The notes: generated by a model not told the origin, from the sequence alone. A stretch of 64,000 bases of DNA from Bacteroidales bacterium (GCA_041656735.1 JBBACY010000008.1:4041-68040), one strand, 5' to 3'; positions 21,005 through 31,766 are shown, counted from the stretch's first letter. A program made the numbers and translations.

Positions 21005-23101
21005 CTATTTCAAACCTCTTTGTCTAAGTAATGGATCAATTGATGGGGCGCTTCCGCGGAATTTAACGTACTGCTCCATACCTTCACCCATTGCATTATC
21101 CGATAGGCAATGCTTTCGGAATTTAGCGGCTAGTTCTTGGTTAAACAGGTCGCCGGTTTCTTTAAATGCTTCAAAAGCATCGGCATCAAGCTGGCCAGCC
21201 CATAGGTATACGTAATATCCTGCAGCGTACCCTCCGCTAAATATATGTCCGAAGTTGGTGGTACGATAGCGTGGGAGAATTTCATTAATCAGCCCTAGCT
21301 CATCCATTGTGTTTTTCTCAAATTCAATTACATCTGTCTCTTGAGTTATGTTAGCTGTGTGCCATGACATATCCAGATACGAGGCTGCAACATATTCAAC
21401 GTTGGTAAATCCTTGGTTAAATTTACTGCTACGTTGCATCTTTTCGATAAGCGCGTCGGGAATAGATTCTCCAGTTTGGTAATGCTTGGCGTATACTTTA
21501 AGTACTTCGGGTTCGCCAGCCCAGTTCTCCATAATTTGCGAGGGGAGCTCAACATAGTCGCGAGGTACGCTGCGGCTGGTGCGGTTGTAGTGACCGTCGG
21601 CAAAGAAGTTATGTAAAGCATGTCCAAATTCATGGAAGAACGTTTCGGCCTCGTCCCAGCTAAGCATTGCTGGTTTATTTCCAACGGGGCGCGAGAAGTT
21701 GGTAACGATAGTAACTACAGGGGTAATTTTCTCACCATTTTTATAGCTTCCGCTGCGGTAGGTTCCACACCATGCTCCCGATTTTTTTGTAGCCCTTGGA
21801 TGTGGATCGTAAAGCAGAACGGCTAAATGTGAACCATCGTTGTCAAACACCTCAAATGCCTGAACCTCTTCGTGATATACAGGAATGTCGGGTCTCTTTT
21901 TGTAAGTTAAGCCATAAAGTTTATTTGTTACATAAAAAATACCTTCGCGAACATTGTCGAGAGTAAGGTAAGGCTTAATCTCTTCCTCGTCAAGGTCGTA
22001 CTTTTCTTTGCGCACTTTTTCGGCATAGTACCACCAATCCCATGTTTGAAGTTTGAAATTGCCACCCTCGCGGTCAATAATTTTTTGCATATCGTTGCGT
22101 TCTGCCTTAGCACGTTCAAGGGCAGGGTTCCAAACTTCTTTTAAGAAGTTAAAAACGGTCTCAGGGTTTTGCGCCATCTGTTCAGCAGTAAAGTACTCTG
22201 CGTAGTTATCGTGTCCCAATATTTGAGACATTTGCTTACGAAGCATCATCAGCTCAATAAAGGGTTCTTTATTATCAAACTCATTGTTGTTATTACCGCG
22301 CATAAAGTACTCACGATAAATTTTTTCTCTTAAATTACGATTTTCTGAGAACTGTAGGAATGGGATCCAACTTGGTTTTGAAAGGTTGAACATCCATTTA
22401 CCCGCTTCGCCTGCTTTTTCAGCCATTTCAGCTGCACCTGCAATTACGTCTTCGGGCAGTCCGGCTAAATCGGCCTCATCTTCAAGTATAAGGGTAAAGC
22501 CGTTGTTCTCGGCCAAAAGGTTTTGGTTTAATTTTAGCGAAACCATTGAGCTACGCTCGTTGAGTTTTTTAAGTTCATTGCGTTGCTCTTCGGGAAGTGC
22601 AGCACCGTTTCTAGCAAAATCATTGTAAATTTTCTCAACAACCCTCATCTTTTCAACGTCAAGATCAAGGCTCTCGCGCTTGTCGTAAACAGTTTTAATT
22701 CTGCTAAACAAATCCTGATTGAACCTAATAGAGTTGCTGTGAGCAGAAAGCATTGGCGTGGTTTCCTTTGCAATTTGTTGCATACGGTCGGATGCGTTTG
22801 CTCCGTTAAGCCCACCGAATACGGCGCCAACCTTGCTAAGTAGTTCGCCGGCTTTGTCGTATGCTACAATAGTGTTTTCAAAAGTTGGTTCATCTTGGTT
22901 GCTTGTAATCGCTTCAATCTCTGCATTGTGCTGTTTAATAGCCTCTGTGTATGCAGGTACGTAATGCTCGTCCTGAATTAAATGGAATGGTGGGGTGCCA
23001 AATGGCGTAGTCCACTCCTCAAAAAATGGGTTTGTAGCCTCTTTCTGATTGCAACTTAGCATCATACTTGCTGGGATTAACAGTAAAAATAGTTTCTTCA
23101 T
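21005..23101 (-). CDS. M3-family metallopeptidase (peptidyl-dipeptidase Dcp-like), lipoprotein
   Basis: Lipobox MMLSC; FHEFGHALH, DYVELPSQIMENW, HIFSGGYAAGYYVYLWA. Confidence 0.93.
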   Translation of the reverse strand: MKKLFLLLIPASMMLSCNQKEATNPFFEEWTTPFGTPPFHLIQDEHYVPAYTEAIKQHNAEIEAITSNQDEPTFENTIVAYDKAGELLSKVGAVFGGLNGANASDRMQQIAKETTPMLSAHSNSIRFNQDLFSRIKTVYDKRESLDLDVEKMRVVEKIYNDFARNGAALPEEQRNELKKLNERSSMVSLKLNQNLLAENNGFTLILEDEADLAGLPEDVIAGAAEMAEKAGEAGKWMFNLSKPSWIPFLQFSENRNLREKIYREYFMRGNNNNEFDNKEPFIELMMLRKQMSQILGHDNYAEYFTAEQMAQNPETVFNFLKEVWNPALERAKAERNDMQKIIDREGGNFKLQTWDWWYYAEKVRKEKYDLDEEEIKPYLTLDNVREGIFYVTNKLYGLTYKKRPDIPVYHEEVQAFEVFDNDGSHLAVLLYDPHPRATKKSGAWCGTYRSGSYKNGEKITPVVTIVTNFSRPVGNKPAMLSWDEAETFFHEFGHALHNFFADGHYNRTSRSVPRDYVELPSQIMENWAGEPEVLKVYAKHYQTGESIPDALIEKMQRSSKFNQGFTNVEYVAASYLDMSWHTANITQETDVIEFEKNTMDELGLINEILPRYRTTNFGHIFSGGYAAGYYVYLWAGQLDADAFEAFKETGDLFNQELAAKFRKHCLSDNAMGEGMEQYVKFRGSAPSIDPLLRQRGLK

Positions 23102-23363
23102 ACTACTGGTTTTTTGTTAATTAAATATTCAATTGATCTTTATGTTCGAGAAAAATAATAATCGTTACTTATATATGAGTGTTTAATTACTAAATAGTTT
23201 AAGCAATGTATTATCATTGCATTAGATTATTACGAATGCGAATTTTAGTTTCACAAAGCAAGTAATGGTCAAATATACAAAAAAATGCGTAGCAACATTG
23301 TTGCTCAGTTTCACTAAAAAATTAATATCTTAGTAGCGTATTACCAAAAACACCCCAATTAGG

Positions 23364-23888
23364 ATGAAATCAACAACAAGGCCCGTGGCAAATATTTACA
23401 TAGTTAACCACGATTTTGTGCATACTACATCCTTAAGGAAAGCTATTAAAAAGCCATCAAAATACAATATCGAGACATTTGGTAATGGCGAAAAATTTAT
23501 TGCACATTTAGCTTCCCTCACATTTACAAAGCGTGATATTCATATCGTTTTTCTCGGTTATCAATTTATCGACGAGCATGAGCATACTCTTATGAATGGC
23601 ATTGAAATACTTGAGGCAGTTAAAGTAATAAACTCTAATGTTGAAGTTATAATGCTTTACGGCCCCAATGAGGCCACCTTTGGTGCATATGCACGTAAAA
23701 GCGGGGCATATGCTTTTGTGCCAAAAAACGACACAATATTTTTACGCATAAACAATATTATTATGCGTTTAATAAGCCAAAAAAAGTTACAACACAAACG
23801 TGGGGGTTTCGTTATAGCGATTAAAATTTTCATAACCTACTCAATCATTCTGGCGGTAGCTATATTACTCTACCAATTACTTTCCTAA
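23364..23888 (+). CDS. Atypical receiver-domain protein with C-terminal membrane anchor
   Basis: Receiver-fold pattern (IYIVNHD, IVFLG, MNGIEILEAVK, VIML, GAYAFVPK) plus a C-terminal hydrophobic helix. Confidence 0.72.
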   Translation: MKSTTRPVANIYIVNHDFVHTTSLRKAIKKPSKYNIETFGNGEKFIAHLASLTFTKRDIHIVFLGYQFIDEHEHTLMNGIEILEAVKVINSNVEVIMLYGPNEATFGAYARKSGAYAFVPKNDTIFLRINNIIMRLISQKKLQHKRGGFVIAIKIFITYSIILAVAILLYQLLS

Positions 23889-24006
23889 CTTTCAATTCTT
23901 GTCTGTTTAGCAGTTCTCGCTGACTTATTGTCATACTTTTTGTAATGGCACCACTTTTGACTTGTAAGCCCGAGAAACTGAATGTTTAACTTAAAAAATA
24001 TAGGCC

Positions 24007-26058
24007 ATGCAAAAAGGCAAAATAAATGTTAGTAGTGAGAATATCTTTCCAATAATTAAGAAGTTTCTTTACTCCGACCACGAAATATTCCTTCGTGAGC
24101 TAGTTTCGAATGCGGTTGATGCTTCACAGAAATTAAAAACTTTAGCATCGGTTGGCGAGTTTAAAGGCGAACTTGGCGATTTAACCATTAGGGTTAAAGT
24201 CGACAAAAAGAAGAAAACCATTACCGTTAGCGATAGCGGCGTTGGTATGACTGCTGAAGAGGTTGAAAAATATATTAACCAGATTGCTTTTTCGGGTGCC
24301 GAAGATTTTTTGGCCAAGTATAAGGACAAAACCGAAGCCATTATTGGACATTTTGGGCTAGGTTTTTACTCATCGTTTATGGTAAGTGATAGGGTTGATA
24401 TTATAACAAAATCACATCAGGATGATACCAAGGCAATAAAATGGTCGTGCGATGGTTCGCCAGAATTTACCATTGAAGATGCCGAACGAGTGGGAAGGGG
24501 AACCGATATTGTATTGCACATTAGCGATGAGAATGCTGAGTTCCTAGAGGATAGCAAAATTAATGAATTGCTCACAAAGTATTGCCGTTATCTGCCTATA
24601 CCAATCGCTTTTTCTACTATTAAAGAGTGGAAAGACGGCAAGGAAGTAGATACAGGTAAGGATAAGATTGTGAATGATACCAATCCGCTTTGGACTCGTA
24701 AGCCCACCGAATTGAAAGATGAGGATTATGCAAAGTTCTATAAAGACTTGTACCCTGCGGCACAAGATCCTTTATTCAACATTCATCTTAATGTTGATTA
24801 TCCGTTTAATCTGACCGGAGTACTGTATTTCCCTCGTATTAAATCGAATTTTGATATACAGAAAAATAAAATTCAACTATACTCTAACCAAGTTTTTGTT
24901 ACCGACTCGGTTGAGGGGATTGTACCCGAATTTTTAACTCTACTTCACGGGGTTATCGATTCACCCGATATTCCGCTAAACGTATCGCGTAGCTATTTAC
25001 AGAGCGACTCGAATGTTAAGAAAATATCATCGCATATTACCAAAAAAGTGGCCGACAGGCTAAATGAGATTTTCAAGGATAACCGCGAGCAGTTTGAGAA
25101 GAAATGGGATGACCTAAAGCTGTTTATTAACTTTGGTATGATTACCGATGAGAAGTTTTATGAACGTGCCGATAAGTTTGCTCTTTTCAAGAATGTGGAT
25201 GGTAAATATTTCACCTTCGACGAGTACGAGAAGCTTATAAAGGAGAACCAAACCGATAAAAATAAAACGCTTATTTATCTGTATACCACTGATAAAGACG
25301 AGCAGTACTCGTATATTGATCAGGCAAAAAACCGTGGTTACGATGTGTTGGTAATGGATGGCCAGTTTGACCCTCACGTAATTAATAGCCTTGAATCGAA
25401 ATTTAAAGATTCACGTTTTGTTAGGGTTGATAGTGACGTGATTGATAGCTTGATTGCTAAGGAGGATAAGAAAGAGATTGACCTGCCTTTTGAGGCGCAA
25501 ACCGAGCTGCGAAACGTTTTTGAGGGGGCAACTATTGGCTCGTCGCAATACTGGGTTCAGTTCGATGATTTGGGTGAAAATGCTTCGCCAGTGGTTATTA
25601 CACGAAATGAATTTGTTCGACGCATGAAGGATATGTCTGCAATGAGTGGGGCTAGCGGTTTTTATGGTGATATGCCCGAAACCGTAAACTTAGTTGTAAA
25701 CGTAGCGCACCCGCTTGTTAAAGCCGTGATTGACCAAAAGGAGAAATCGCTAGGCGACAAGGTGGGCAAGTTTAATACTCAACTTGAGCCACTTAACACC
25801 AAATTAGCCGATTTGAAAAAATCTTCCGAGGGCAAGAAAGATGAAGAAATTCCTCAGGCTGATAAGGATGCCATAGACGAGTTAAATAAGAAGATTGAGA
25901 AGATTGATAAGTCGAAAACCGATGCTCTTAAATCATTCGGAAAGGATAATAAACTTACTAAGCAACTTATTGATTTGGCTTTGCTTGCCAATAATATGTT
26001 AAAAGGGGAAGAACTTAGCAAGTTTGTTAAGCGTAGTGTTGAGCTTATTAAGGAGTAA
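24007..26058 (+). CDS. htpG: Molecular chaperone HtpG (Hsp90)
   Basis: FLRELVSNAVDA, DSGVGMT, IGHFGLGFYS, PLNVSRSYLQ. Confidence 0.97.
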   Translation: MQKGKINVSSENIFPIIKKFLYSDHEIFLRELVSNAVDASQKLKTLASVGEFKGELGDLTIRVKVDKKKKTITVSDSGVGMTAEEVEKYINQIAFSGAEDFLAKYKDKTEAIIGHFGLGFYSSFMVSDRVDIITKSHQDDTKAIKWSCDGSPEFTIEDAERVGRGTDIVLHISDENAEFLEDSKINELLTKYCRYLPIPIAFSTIKEWKDGKEVDTGKDKIVNDTNPLWTRKPTELKDEDYAKFYKDLYPAAQDPLFNIHLNVDYPFNLTGVLYFPRIKSNFDIQKNKIQLYSNQVFVTDSVEGIVPEFLTLLHGVIDSPDIPLNVSRSYLQSDSNVKKISSHITKKVADRLNEIFKDNREQFEKKWDDLKLFINFGMITDEKFYERADKFALFKNVDGKYFTFDEYEKLIKENQTDKNKTLIYLYTTDKDEQYSYIDQAKNRGYDVLVMDGQFDPHVINSLESKFKDSRFVRVDSDVIDSLIAKEDKKEIDLPFEAQTELRNVFEGATIGSSQYWVQFDDLGENASPVVITRNEFVRRMKDMSAMSGASGFYGDMPETVNLVVNVAHPLVKAVIDQKEKSLGDKVGKFNTQLEPLNTKLADLKKSSEGKKDEEIPQADKDAIDELNKKIEKIDKSKTDALKSFGKDNKLTKQLIDLALLANNMLKGEELSKFVKRSVELIKE

Positions 26059-26098
26059 CCTCACATAGTACCACCTAGTTTTTTTGGTGTAAACATAG

Positions 26099-26124
26099 CA
26101 AAGGGGGCATTATTGCCCCCTTTG
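26099..26124. terminator. Terminator hairpin between htpG and the convergent gene
   Basis: CAAAGGGGGCA-TTAT-TGCCCCCTTTG perfect stem. Confidence 0.75.
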
Positions 26125-26146
26125 TTGTGTTTATAAACCTTACGAG

Positions 26147-26662
26147 CTAAAACATTTCGTTAACTTCTTTCTTTAGGTGGGTAATTGCACGCGCGGTTGG
26201 ATGAAATTCCAAATCAACCAGCCCGTCTAGAATTTGCTTACCAAGTACCATTGCAGGTGCCTTGGGATCAACTTTGCCTGCGCTGTTATTAATTAGTTTT
26301 ATCACATTGTCCTTTGCGTTTTTTACTAGTCCCCAAGCCTTAGCACTCAGGTAAATTTGTTGCGAAAGGTTGTGTTCCCACTCACTGCGAATGGTGCTTA
26401 GCAAAATACTTTGGTATTTTTGGCAAGATATATTCGGTTGGTTTACCCTAACCAAAATCGATTCGGGCGAGATGCGTTCCAGATACAACACGATCCGTTC
26501 GTAGGCTTGTAGCCGAATGGGGGTTGTTATTTTCCTGCTGTTGGCATTAAGTTCAGCGCGTCGCCTATTGGTTTCTTCCCTCAGAAGCCTTTCAATAGCA
26601 AGGTACCCAGCCAGAAAGACTAGTAGGGAGGGTATTATAATTTTCAGTAAATCAATAACCAT
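26147..26662 (-). CDS. Conserved hypothetical membrane-anchored protein
   Basis: N-terminal TM helix; RLQAYER..L.LERI and EWEHNLSQQIY resemble a Bacteroidetes hypothetical family recalled from memory. Confidence 0.7.
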   Translation of the reverse strand: MVIDLLKIIIPSLLVFLAGYLAIERLLREETNRRRAELNANSRKITTPIRLQAYERIVLYLERISPESILVRVNQPNISCQKYQSILLSTIRSEWEHNLSQQIYLSAKAWGLVKNAKDNVIKLINNSAGKVDPKAPAMVLGKQILDGLVDLEFHPTARAITHLKKEVNEMF

Positions 26663-26779
26663 ATTATTTTATATTGTTAAACAAGTTGCTTACAGATAAT
26701 TTTAGTTTTAACTTTAAAACCTTAAAATTACGAAAATCTTTTTAATCTAAGCGTACAAATTTTTAATTAACCGTTAGAT

Positions 26780-27973
26780 ATGGAAAATGTTTCAAACAGA
26801 GTTGAGCAGCTAGCCGCCTCAGAAACGCTGGCTATGTCGCAAAAAAGCAGAGAGTTACAAGCTCAAGGTTTTAATGTTATCAACCTAAGCGTTGGCGAAC
26901 CCGATTTCACTACCCCTGACTTTGTTAAGGATGCCGCTAAAAAAGCCATCGACAACAATTTTACCCACTATTCGCCTGTACCTGGTTATGCCGATTTATT
27001 GCAGGCCATTTCCGATAAACTTAAGCGCGAAAACGGGCTTGTGTATGGTACCGATCAGATTGTAGTTTCTGGTGGTGCAAAGCATACGCTCACAAATGTA
27101 CTTATGGCTACGGTTAACCCTGACGATGAGGTTATTGTGCCTGCCCCTTACTGGGTTAGTTACGTTGAGTTAGTTAAGTTGGCCGAGGGAAAGAGCGTGG
27201 TTATACCCACATCGCTCGAGAGTGATTTTAAGATAACACCCAAACAGCTTACCGAGGCAATTACGCCTCGCACAAGAATTTTGATGCTTTGCTCACCATC
27301 TAACCCCACGGGCAGTGTATACTCGCGAAGCGAGTTGGCAGCCCTAGTTGAGGTGCTTGTTAAGCATCCAAATATACTAGTACTTTCCGATGAAATATAC
27401 GAGCATATTAACTACGAGGGCAAGCACGAGAGCATTGCGCAGTTTAACGAAATATTTGATAGGGTAATTGTTGTGAATGGCGTATCGAAAGGGTATGCAA
27501 TGACAGGATGGCGTATTGGTTATTGTGCTGCTCCCAAATGGATAGCGAAAGCGTGTCAGAAATTGCAAGGTCAAATGACGTCTGGCACCTGCTCAATTGC
27601 CCAGAAAGCGGCTGTTGCTGCAATTTCTTCCGATGCATCGTACCCACAGATGATGTGCAAAGCATTTAAAAAACGGCGCGATTTGGTTACCGAGAGACTT
27701 AAAAAAATACCAGGGTTTAAGGCTAATGTGCCTCAGGGTGCCTTCTATATTTTTGCTGAAGTGTCTGAACTATTAGGTAAAAAATTTGGAGAACAGGTTA
27801 TTGCCACCTCTGCCGATTTGTGTATGTACCTACTAAATCATGCTCATGTGGCTACCGTTCCGGGTAGCGCTTTTGGCGCGCCCGAATACATTCGTTTTTC
27901 CTATGCAGCATCAGAGGAGCAACTTGTTGAGGCTCTCAACAGGATTGATAAAGCCGTTCGTGAAATGAAGTAA
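26780..27973 (+). CDS. PLP-dependent aminotransferase class I/II (aspartate aminotransferase-like)
   Basis: VGEPDF, PYWVSY, SPSNPTG, SDEIYE, NGVSKGYAMTGWRIGY. Confidence 0.93.
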   Translation: MENVSNRVEQLAASETLAMSQKSRELQAQGFNVINLSVGEPDFTTPDFVKDAAKKAIDNNFTHYSPVPGYADLLQAISDKLKRENGLVYGTDQIVVSGGAKHTLTNVLMATVNPDDEVIVPAPYWVSYVELVKLAEGKSVVIPTSLESDFKITPKQLTEAITPRTRILMLCSPSNPTGSVYSRSELAALVEVLVKHPNILVLSDEIYEHINYEGKHESIAQFNEIFDRVIVVNGVSKGYAMTGWRIGYCAAPKWIAKACQKLQGQMTSGTCSIAQKAAVAAISSDASYPQMMCKAFKKRRDLVTERLKKIPGFKANVPQGAFYIFAEVSELLGKKFGEQVIATSADLCMYLLNHAHVATVPGSAFGAPEYIRFSYAASEEQLVEALNRIDKAVREMK

Positions 27974-28061
27974 ACATATTCTTTTTGCAATTGTTAACAA
28001 TAACCCACACCTTTTTAGCTGTGGGTTATTTATCTTTGTACTCAAATTTACATTGCGGATA

Positions 28062-29117
28062 ATGTCGAAAAAAATAGTCAGGATATCCCTCTTTTTCTTG
28101 TTAACTCTTATACTGGGTGGCATAATACTAGGTGGGTTTTATGGTTACAAAACTTACAGTAGGATGCTAAAACCTAATGTAAGTGTTGGTGATAATACTC
28201 AGGCTTTTGTGCGTATTCCTACTGGTGCAACTTACGCCGATGTGCTTGTAATTTTTAGTGAATCGGGTTTTATTAATGATATGGAATCGTTTAAATGGAC
28301 TAGCTCGCGTATGGGTTATCCGCACAGTATCCGACCAGGAATGTATAAGTTACAAGATAAACAAACCAATCGTGAGCTAGTTGCCGTGTTAAGGGCCGGT
28401 TTGCAAACCCCAGTAAGGGTAACCTTTACAGGTTTTAGAATCCCTTCGCAGTTGGCTGGGCGGATATCAAAACAAATTGAAGCCGATTCGGCTGCCATAG
28501 TTGAGGCCTTCTTCTCAAAAGATATTACTGCCAGCTATGGTTTTACGCCCGAAACCTTTATAGCAATGTTTATACCGAATACCTACGAACTTTTTTGGAA
28601 TACAGATGCTACCGGTTTTTTTGATAGAATGAAACGAGAGTACGAAAATTTTTGGACCGATGAGCGTGACCAGAAGGCGAAGCAAATAGGGCTTGATAGG
28701 GTAGGGGTTTCAACTATTGCTTCCATTGTTGAGGAGGAAACGATTAAGACTGATGAGCGACCTAAAATAGCAGGTGTTTTTATTAATAGGCTAAACCGTG
28801 GAACCCCGCTGCAGGCTTGCCCCACCGTAAAGTTTGCTCTTGGCGATTTTACTATAAAGCGGGTGCTTACTAAACACTTGGCGGTTGAGTCTCCATACAA
28901 TACATATAAACATAGGGGATTGCCACCAGGGCCAATAAATGCAGCAAGTATTTCATCTATTAATGCTGTGCTTAATTACGAAAAACATAGTTACTACTTC
29001 TTTTCGGCTAACCCCGATTTTTCTGGCTACCATATTTTCTCCCGAACACTAACAGAGCATAATCGTAATGCGAGGGAATACCAAGGAAAGTTAAATAAGG
29101 AGCGCATTTACCGGTAG
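28062..29117 (+). CDS. mltG: Endolytic transglycosylase MltG
   Basis: N-terminal TM; IASIVEEET, NRLNRGTPLQACPT, SPYNTY...GLPPGPI, HIFSRTLTEH; promoter TATCTTTG at 28031-28038. Confidence 0.93.
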   Translation: MSKKIVRISLFFLLTLILGGIILGGFYGYKTYSRMLKPNVSVGDNTQAFVRIPTGATYADVLVIFSESGFINDMESFKWTSSRMGYPHSIRPGMYKLQDKQTNRELVAVLRAGLQTPVRVTFTGFRIPSQLAGRISKQIEADSAAIVEAFFSKDITASYGFTPETFIAMFIPNTYELFWNTDATGFFDRMKREYENFWTDERDQKAKQIGLDRVGVSTIASIVEEETIKTDERPKIAGVFINRLNRGTPLQACPTVKFALGDFTIKRVLTKHLAVESPYNTYKHRGLPPGPINAASISSINAVLNYEKHSYYFFSANPDFSGYHIFSRTLTEHNRNAREYQGKLNKERIYR

Positions 29118-29336
29118 CTATCTCATAGGCTGCTGCACGAACCAAGCAGGAAGGACGGGACTTAGCGAAGCTAATCCTCTCGTGTGGTTAACTCTCCCAT
29201 AGGATAGTTAATAGGTATATTTTGCACCCACTTTTTTATTGCAAAGTGACTATAAAACATTGTCCCAAGGTAATGCCTTGGTTTGTTGATATTAACAATA
29301 ATTTGTCGCTCAGTAGGCACAGGTTAAAACAATACA

Positions 29337-29374
29337 CAAAGCACCCTGCATCTATTTCGATACAGAGTGCTTTG
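29337..29374 (-). terminator. Terminator hairpin downstream of the S9 peptidase
   Basis: CAAAGCAC...GTGCTTTG outer stem with inner CTG/CAG and ATC/GAT pairs, 10 nt from the stop codon. Confidence 0.6.
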
Positions 29375-29384
29375 ATTGTAATCT

Positions 29385-31556
29385 CTACAAGTTGTTCTTA
29401 ATGTAGTTTGTTAGCAATGTGTACAAATGCATTCTGGTATTCCCTCCATATATACTATGGTTTTTGTCGGGGTACAGCATCATATCAAACTGCTTTTCGG
29501 CTTGTATTAACCTTTCAGATAGTTCAATAGCGTTTTGAACATGTACGTTGTCATCTGCCGTTCCATGAACTAATAGTAACTTTCCTTGTAAACCGTTTAC
29601 GTGATTAATAGGAGAGTTATCGTCGTACCCATCAGGGTTATCCTGTGGTAAGCCCATATACCTTTCAGTGTAAACAGAATCGTAGTATCGCCAGTTTGTA
29701 ACAGGGGCAACGGCAATGGCCGCACTAAAAACTTCGGGTGCTTTAAAAAGGCACAACGACGACATATACCCACCATAGCTCCATCCCCAAATGGCAATTC
29801 GCTTAGCATCAACAAAGGGGAGCGATTGTAAATATTTGCCAGCCTCAATTTGGTCTGTGCTTTCATAGTATCCCAGCTTGCCATAGGTCATCTTCTTAAA
29901 CTCTTCGCCTCTACCGCCAGTGCCTCGTCCATCAACCGATACAACTAAAACACCCTCCGAAGCAAGGTACTCGTCCCAACCAATTCCAAACCTGTCGGTA
30001 ACAGATACCGAGCCTGGGCCGCTGTACTGGTTCATTAGTACTGGATACTTGGTATTCTCGTTAAAGTTTAGGGGCTTAATCATATATCCGTTTAGTTCAA
30101 CCCCTTCGGAGGTTGTGAAGGCAAAAAATTCTTTTTTCGGTATATCGAACGTTGCAAGCGTTTCTTTTAGTTTGGCATTGTCTTCAATAACCCTAAGCTC
30201 TTTACCCTTGGCGTTATGGAGGGTTACAAGGGTAGGTGTGGTAACCGATGAGTGGAAGTGGATATAGTATTTAAAGGTTTTACTAAAATCGGCAGAGTTT
30301 GTGCCGCTATGTTGCGATAGTTTTGCGTGTTTTTTGCCATCTAACGATACCCAATTAACAGCGGTTCGCATTGGCGATCCATCGAAGGAGCCATAGTACA
30401 CACGACTACTCTTTGCGTCGTACCCATAAACATTTCTAACCTCGTTCTCGCCACTGGTTAGCTGGCTTTCAAGGTTGCCATTCATATTGTAAAGGTAAAT
30501 GTGGTTGTACCCATCCAATTCGCTAGGTATAATAAAGTACTTGCCATCGGAAGTAAATATTGGATAGTCGTCGTCGGGCTCTTCTATATAGTGCTGGTTG
30601 GTTTCGGTGTAAAGTACTTTAGAACTTCCGTTTTTAGCATTTGCTAAAAGAATCTCAATTTTGTTTTGTAACCTATTTAACCTAACCATACTTAGCTGGT
30701 TGGGGTTTACTGTCCACTTTATGCGGGCTATATATTGGTTGGTTTCATTACCAGTATCCATGGTTTTAGTCTCTTCTGTTTCGAGGTTATAAACATGTAT
30801 CGAAACAATTGAGTTATCTTCACCAGCCTTGGGGTATTTAAACGAGTAATTTTCTGGGTAAAGTTGGTCTTGAAACATAGTCATAGAGAAAACCTTTACA
30901 GCGCTTTCGTCAAACTTATAGAATGCCAGATGCTTGCTGTCGGGACTCCATTGCATACCTGTTGCAAGCGCGAACTCCTCCTCATACACCCAGTCGGCGG
31001 CTCCGTTAATTATGTGGTTAAACTTGCCATCAAACGTAATCTGTGTTTCCTTGCCCGAGTCTAACTGAACAATGAAGATATTGTTTTCGCGAACGAACGC
31101 AACTTTTTGTCCATTTGGTGAGAAAGTTGCTAACCTTTGTGCTCCATTATTAGATAGGGGAGTTACGGACTTTTTTTCAATGTCAAAGATGTAATAATCT
31201 GCGGTAAAAGAGCGACGGTAAATTGGCATTACATTGGTTGATAGGAGTATTTTACTCTCATCGGAACTTAGTGTATAGCTTGAGAAGCTTTTAAGTGAAG
31301 GTATGTCGAAATTAGCTGCATCGAAAAGTATGTCAACCAGCTTGCCCTTTGCATAGCTGTACTTGGCAATTTTACCTTTCGATTCAACAACGGTATAATG
31401 CTCCCCATCGTTCATCGATGTAATTCCTCTTACCGAACGGGCATAAAAAGTTCCATCGCGTTGTATGTTTTCTAGGGTAATCTTTTGCCCTTCGACCTGT
31501 GCAATGCTTTGTATGGCAATAACAGCTGACACTAAAAAGAGGGTGATTTTTTTCAT
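29385..31556 (-). CDS. S9B dipeptidyl-peptidase IV-like protein
   Basis: Signal peptide, beta-propeller region with DWVYEEE, catalytic GWSYGG, GTADDNVH, NHSI. Confidence 0.95.
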   Translation of the reverse strand: MKKITLFLVSAVIAIQSIAQVEGQKITLENIQRDGTFYARSVRGITSMNDGEHYTVVESKGKIAKYSYAKGKLVDILFDAANFDIPSLKSFSSYTLSSDESKILLSTNVMPIYRRSFTADYYIFDIEKKSVTPLSNNGAQRLATFSPNGQKVAFVRENNIFIVQLDSGKETQITFDGKFNHIINGAADWVYEEEFALATGMQWSPDSKHLAFYKFDESAVKVFSMTMFQDQLYPENYSFKYPKAGEDNSIVSIHVYNLETEETKTMDTGNETNQYIARIKWTVNPNQLSMVRLNRLQNKIEILLANAKNGSSKVLYTETNQHYIEEPDDDYPIFTSDGKYFIIPSELDGYNHIYLYNMNGNLESQLTSGENEVRNVYGYDAKSSRVYYGSFDGSPMRTAVNWVSLDGKKHAKLSQHSGTNSADFSKTFKYYIHFHSSVTTPTLVTLHNAKGKELRVIEDNAKLKETLATFDIPKKEFFAFTTSEGVELNGYMIKPLNFNENTKYPVLMNQYSGPGSVSVTDRFGIGWDEYLASEGVLVVSVDGRGTGGRGEEFKKMTYGKLGYYESTDQIEAGKYLQSLPFVDAKRIAIWGWSYGGYMSSLCLFKAPEVFSAAIAVAPVTNWRYYDSVYTERYMGLPQDNPDGYDDNSPINHVNGLQGKLLLVHGTADDNVHVQNAIELSERLIQAEKQFDMMLYPDKNHSIYGGNTRMHLYTLLTNYIKNNL

Positions 31557-31713
31557 GAGTGAATTGTTTAGTTAATTTATTAGTCTCAAGGAATTTTCAT
31601 ATTTACGAACCATTCCTTTGATTAAATTCTATATTCAACCTTTTAGATGTGGAAATGTTAAAATGGATTAACTGCTTTAATGCAAAGATATTTATTTTGG
31701 CCATACCTCAAAA

Positions 31714-31747
31714 AAAAGAAGGCTGCTCAATTGGGCAGCCTTCTTTT
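31714..31747 (-). terminator. Intrinsic terminator of the OMP-T9SS cargo-lipoprotein operon
   Basis: AAAAGAAGGCTGC...GCAGCCTTCTTTT perfect 13-bp stem. Confidence 0.8.
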
Positions 31748-31766
31748 AAATATAATGCTAAATAGC

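Noticed and set aside
29118-29209. SRP RNA, 6S RNA or RNase P RNA identity for this element
   Set aside because: Lacks the CAGG-nnn-GNRA-nnn-AGCAG motif on one strand and is too short for 6S or RNase P; kept only as an unnamed candidate.
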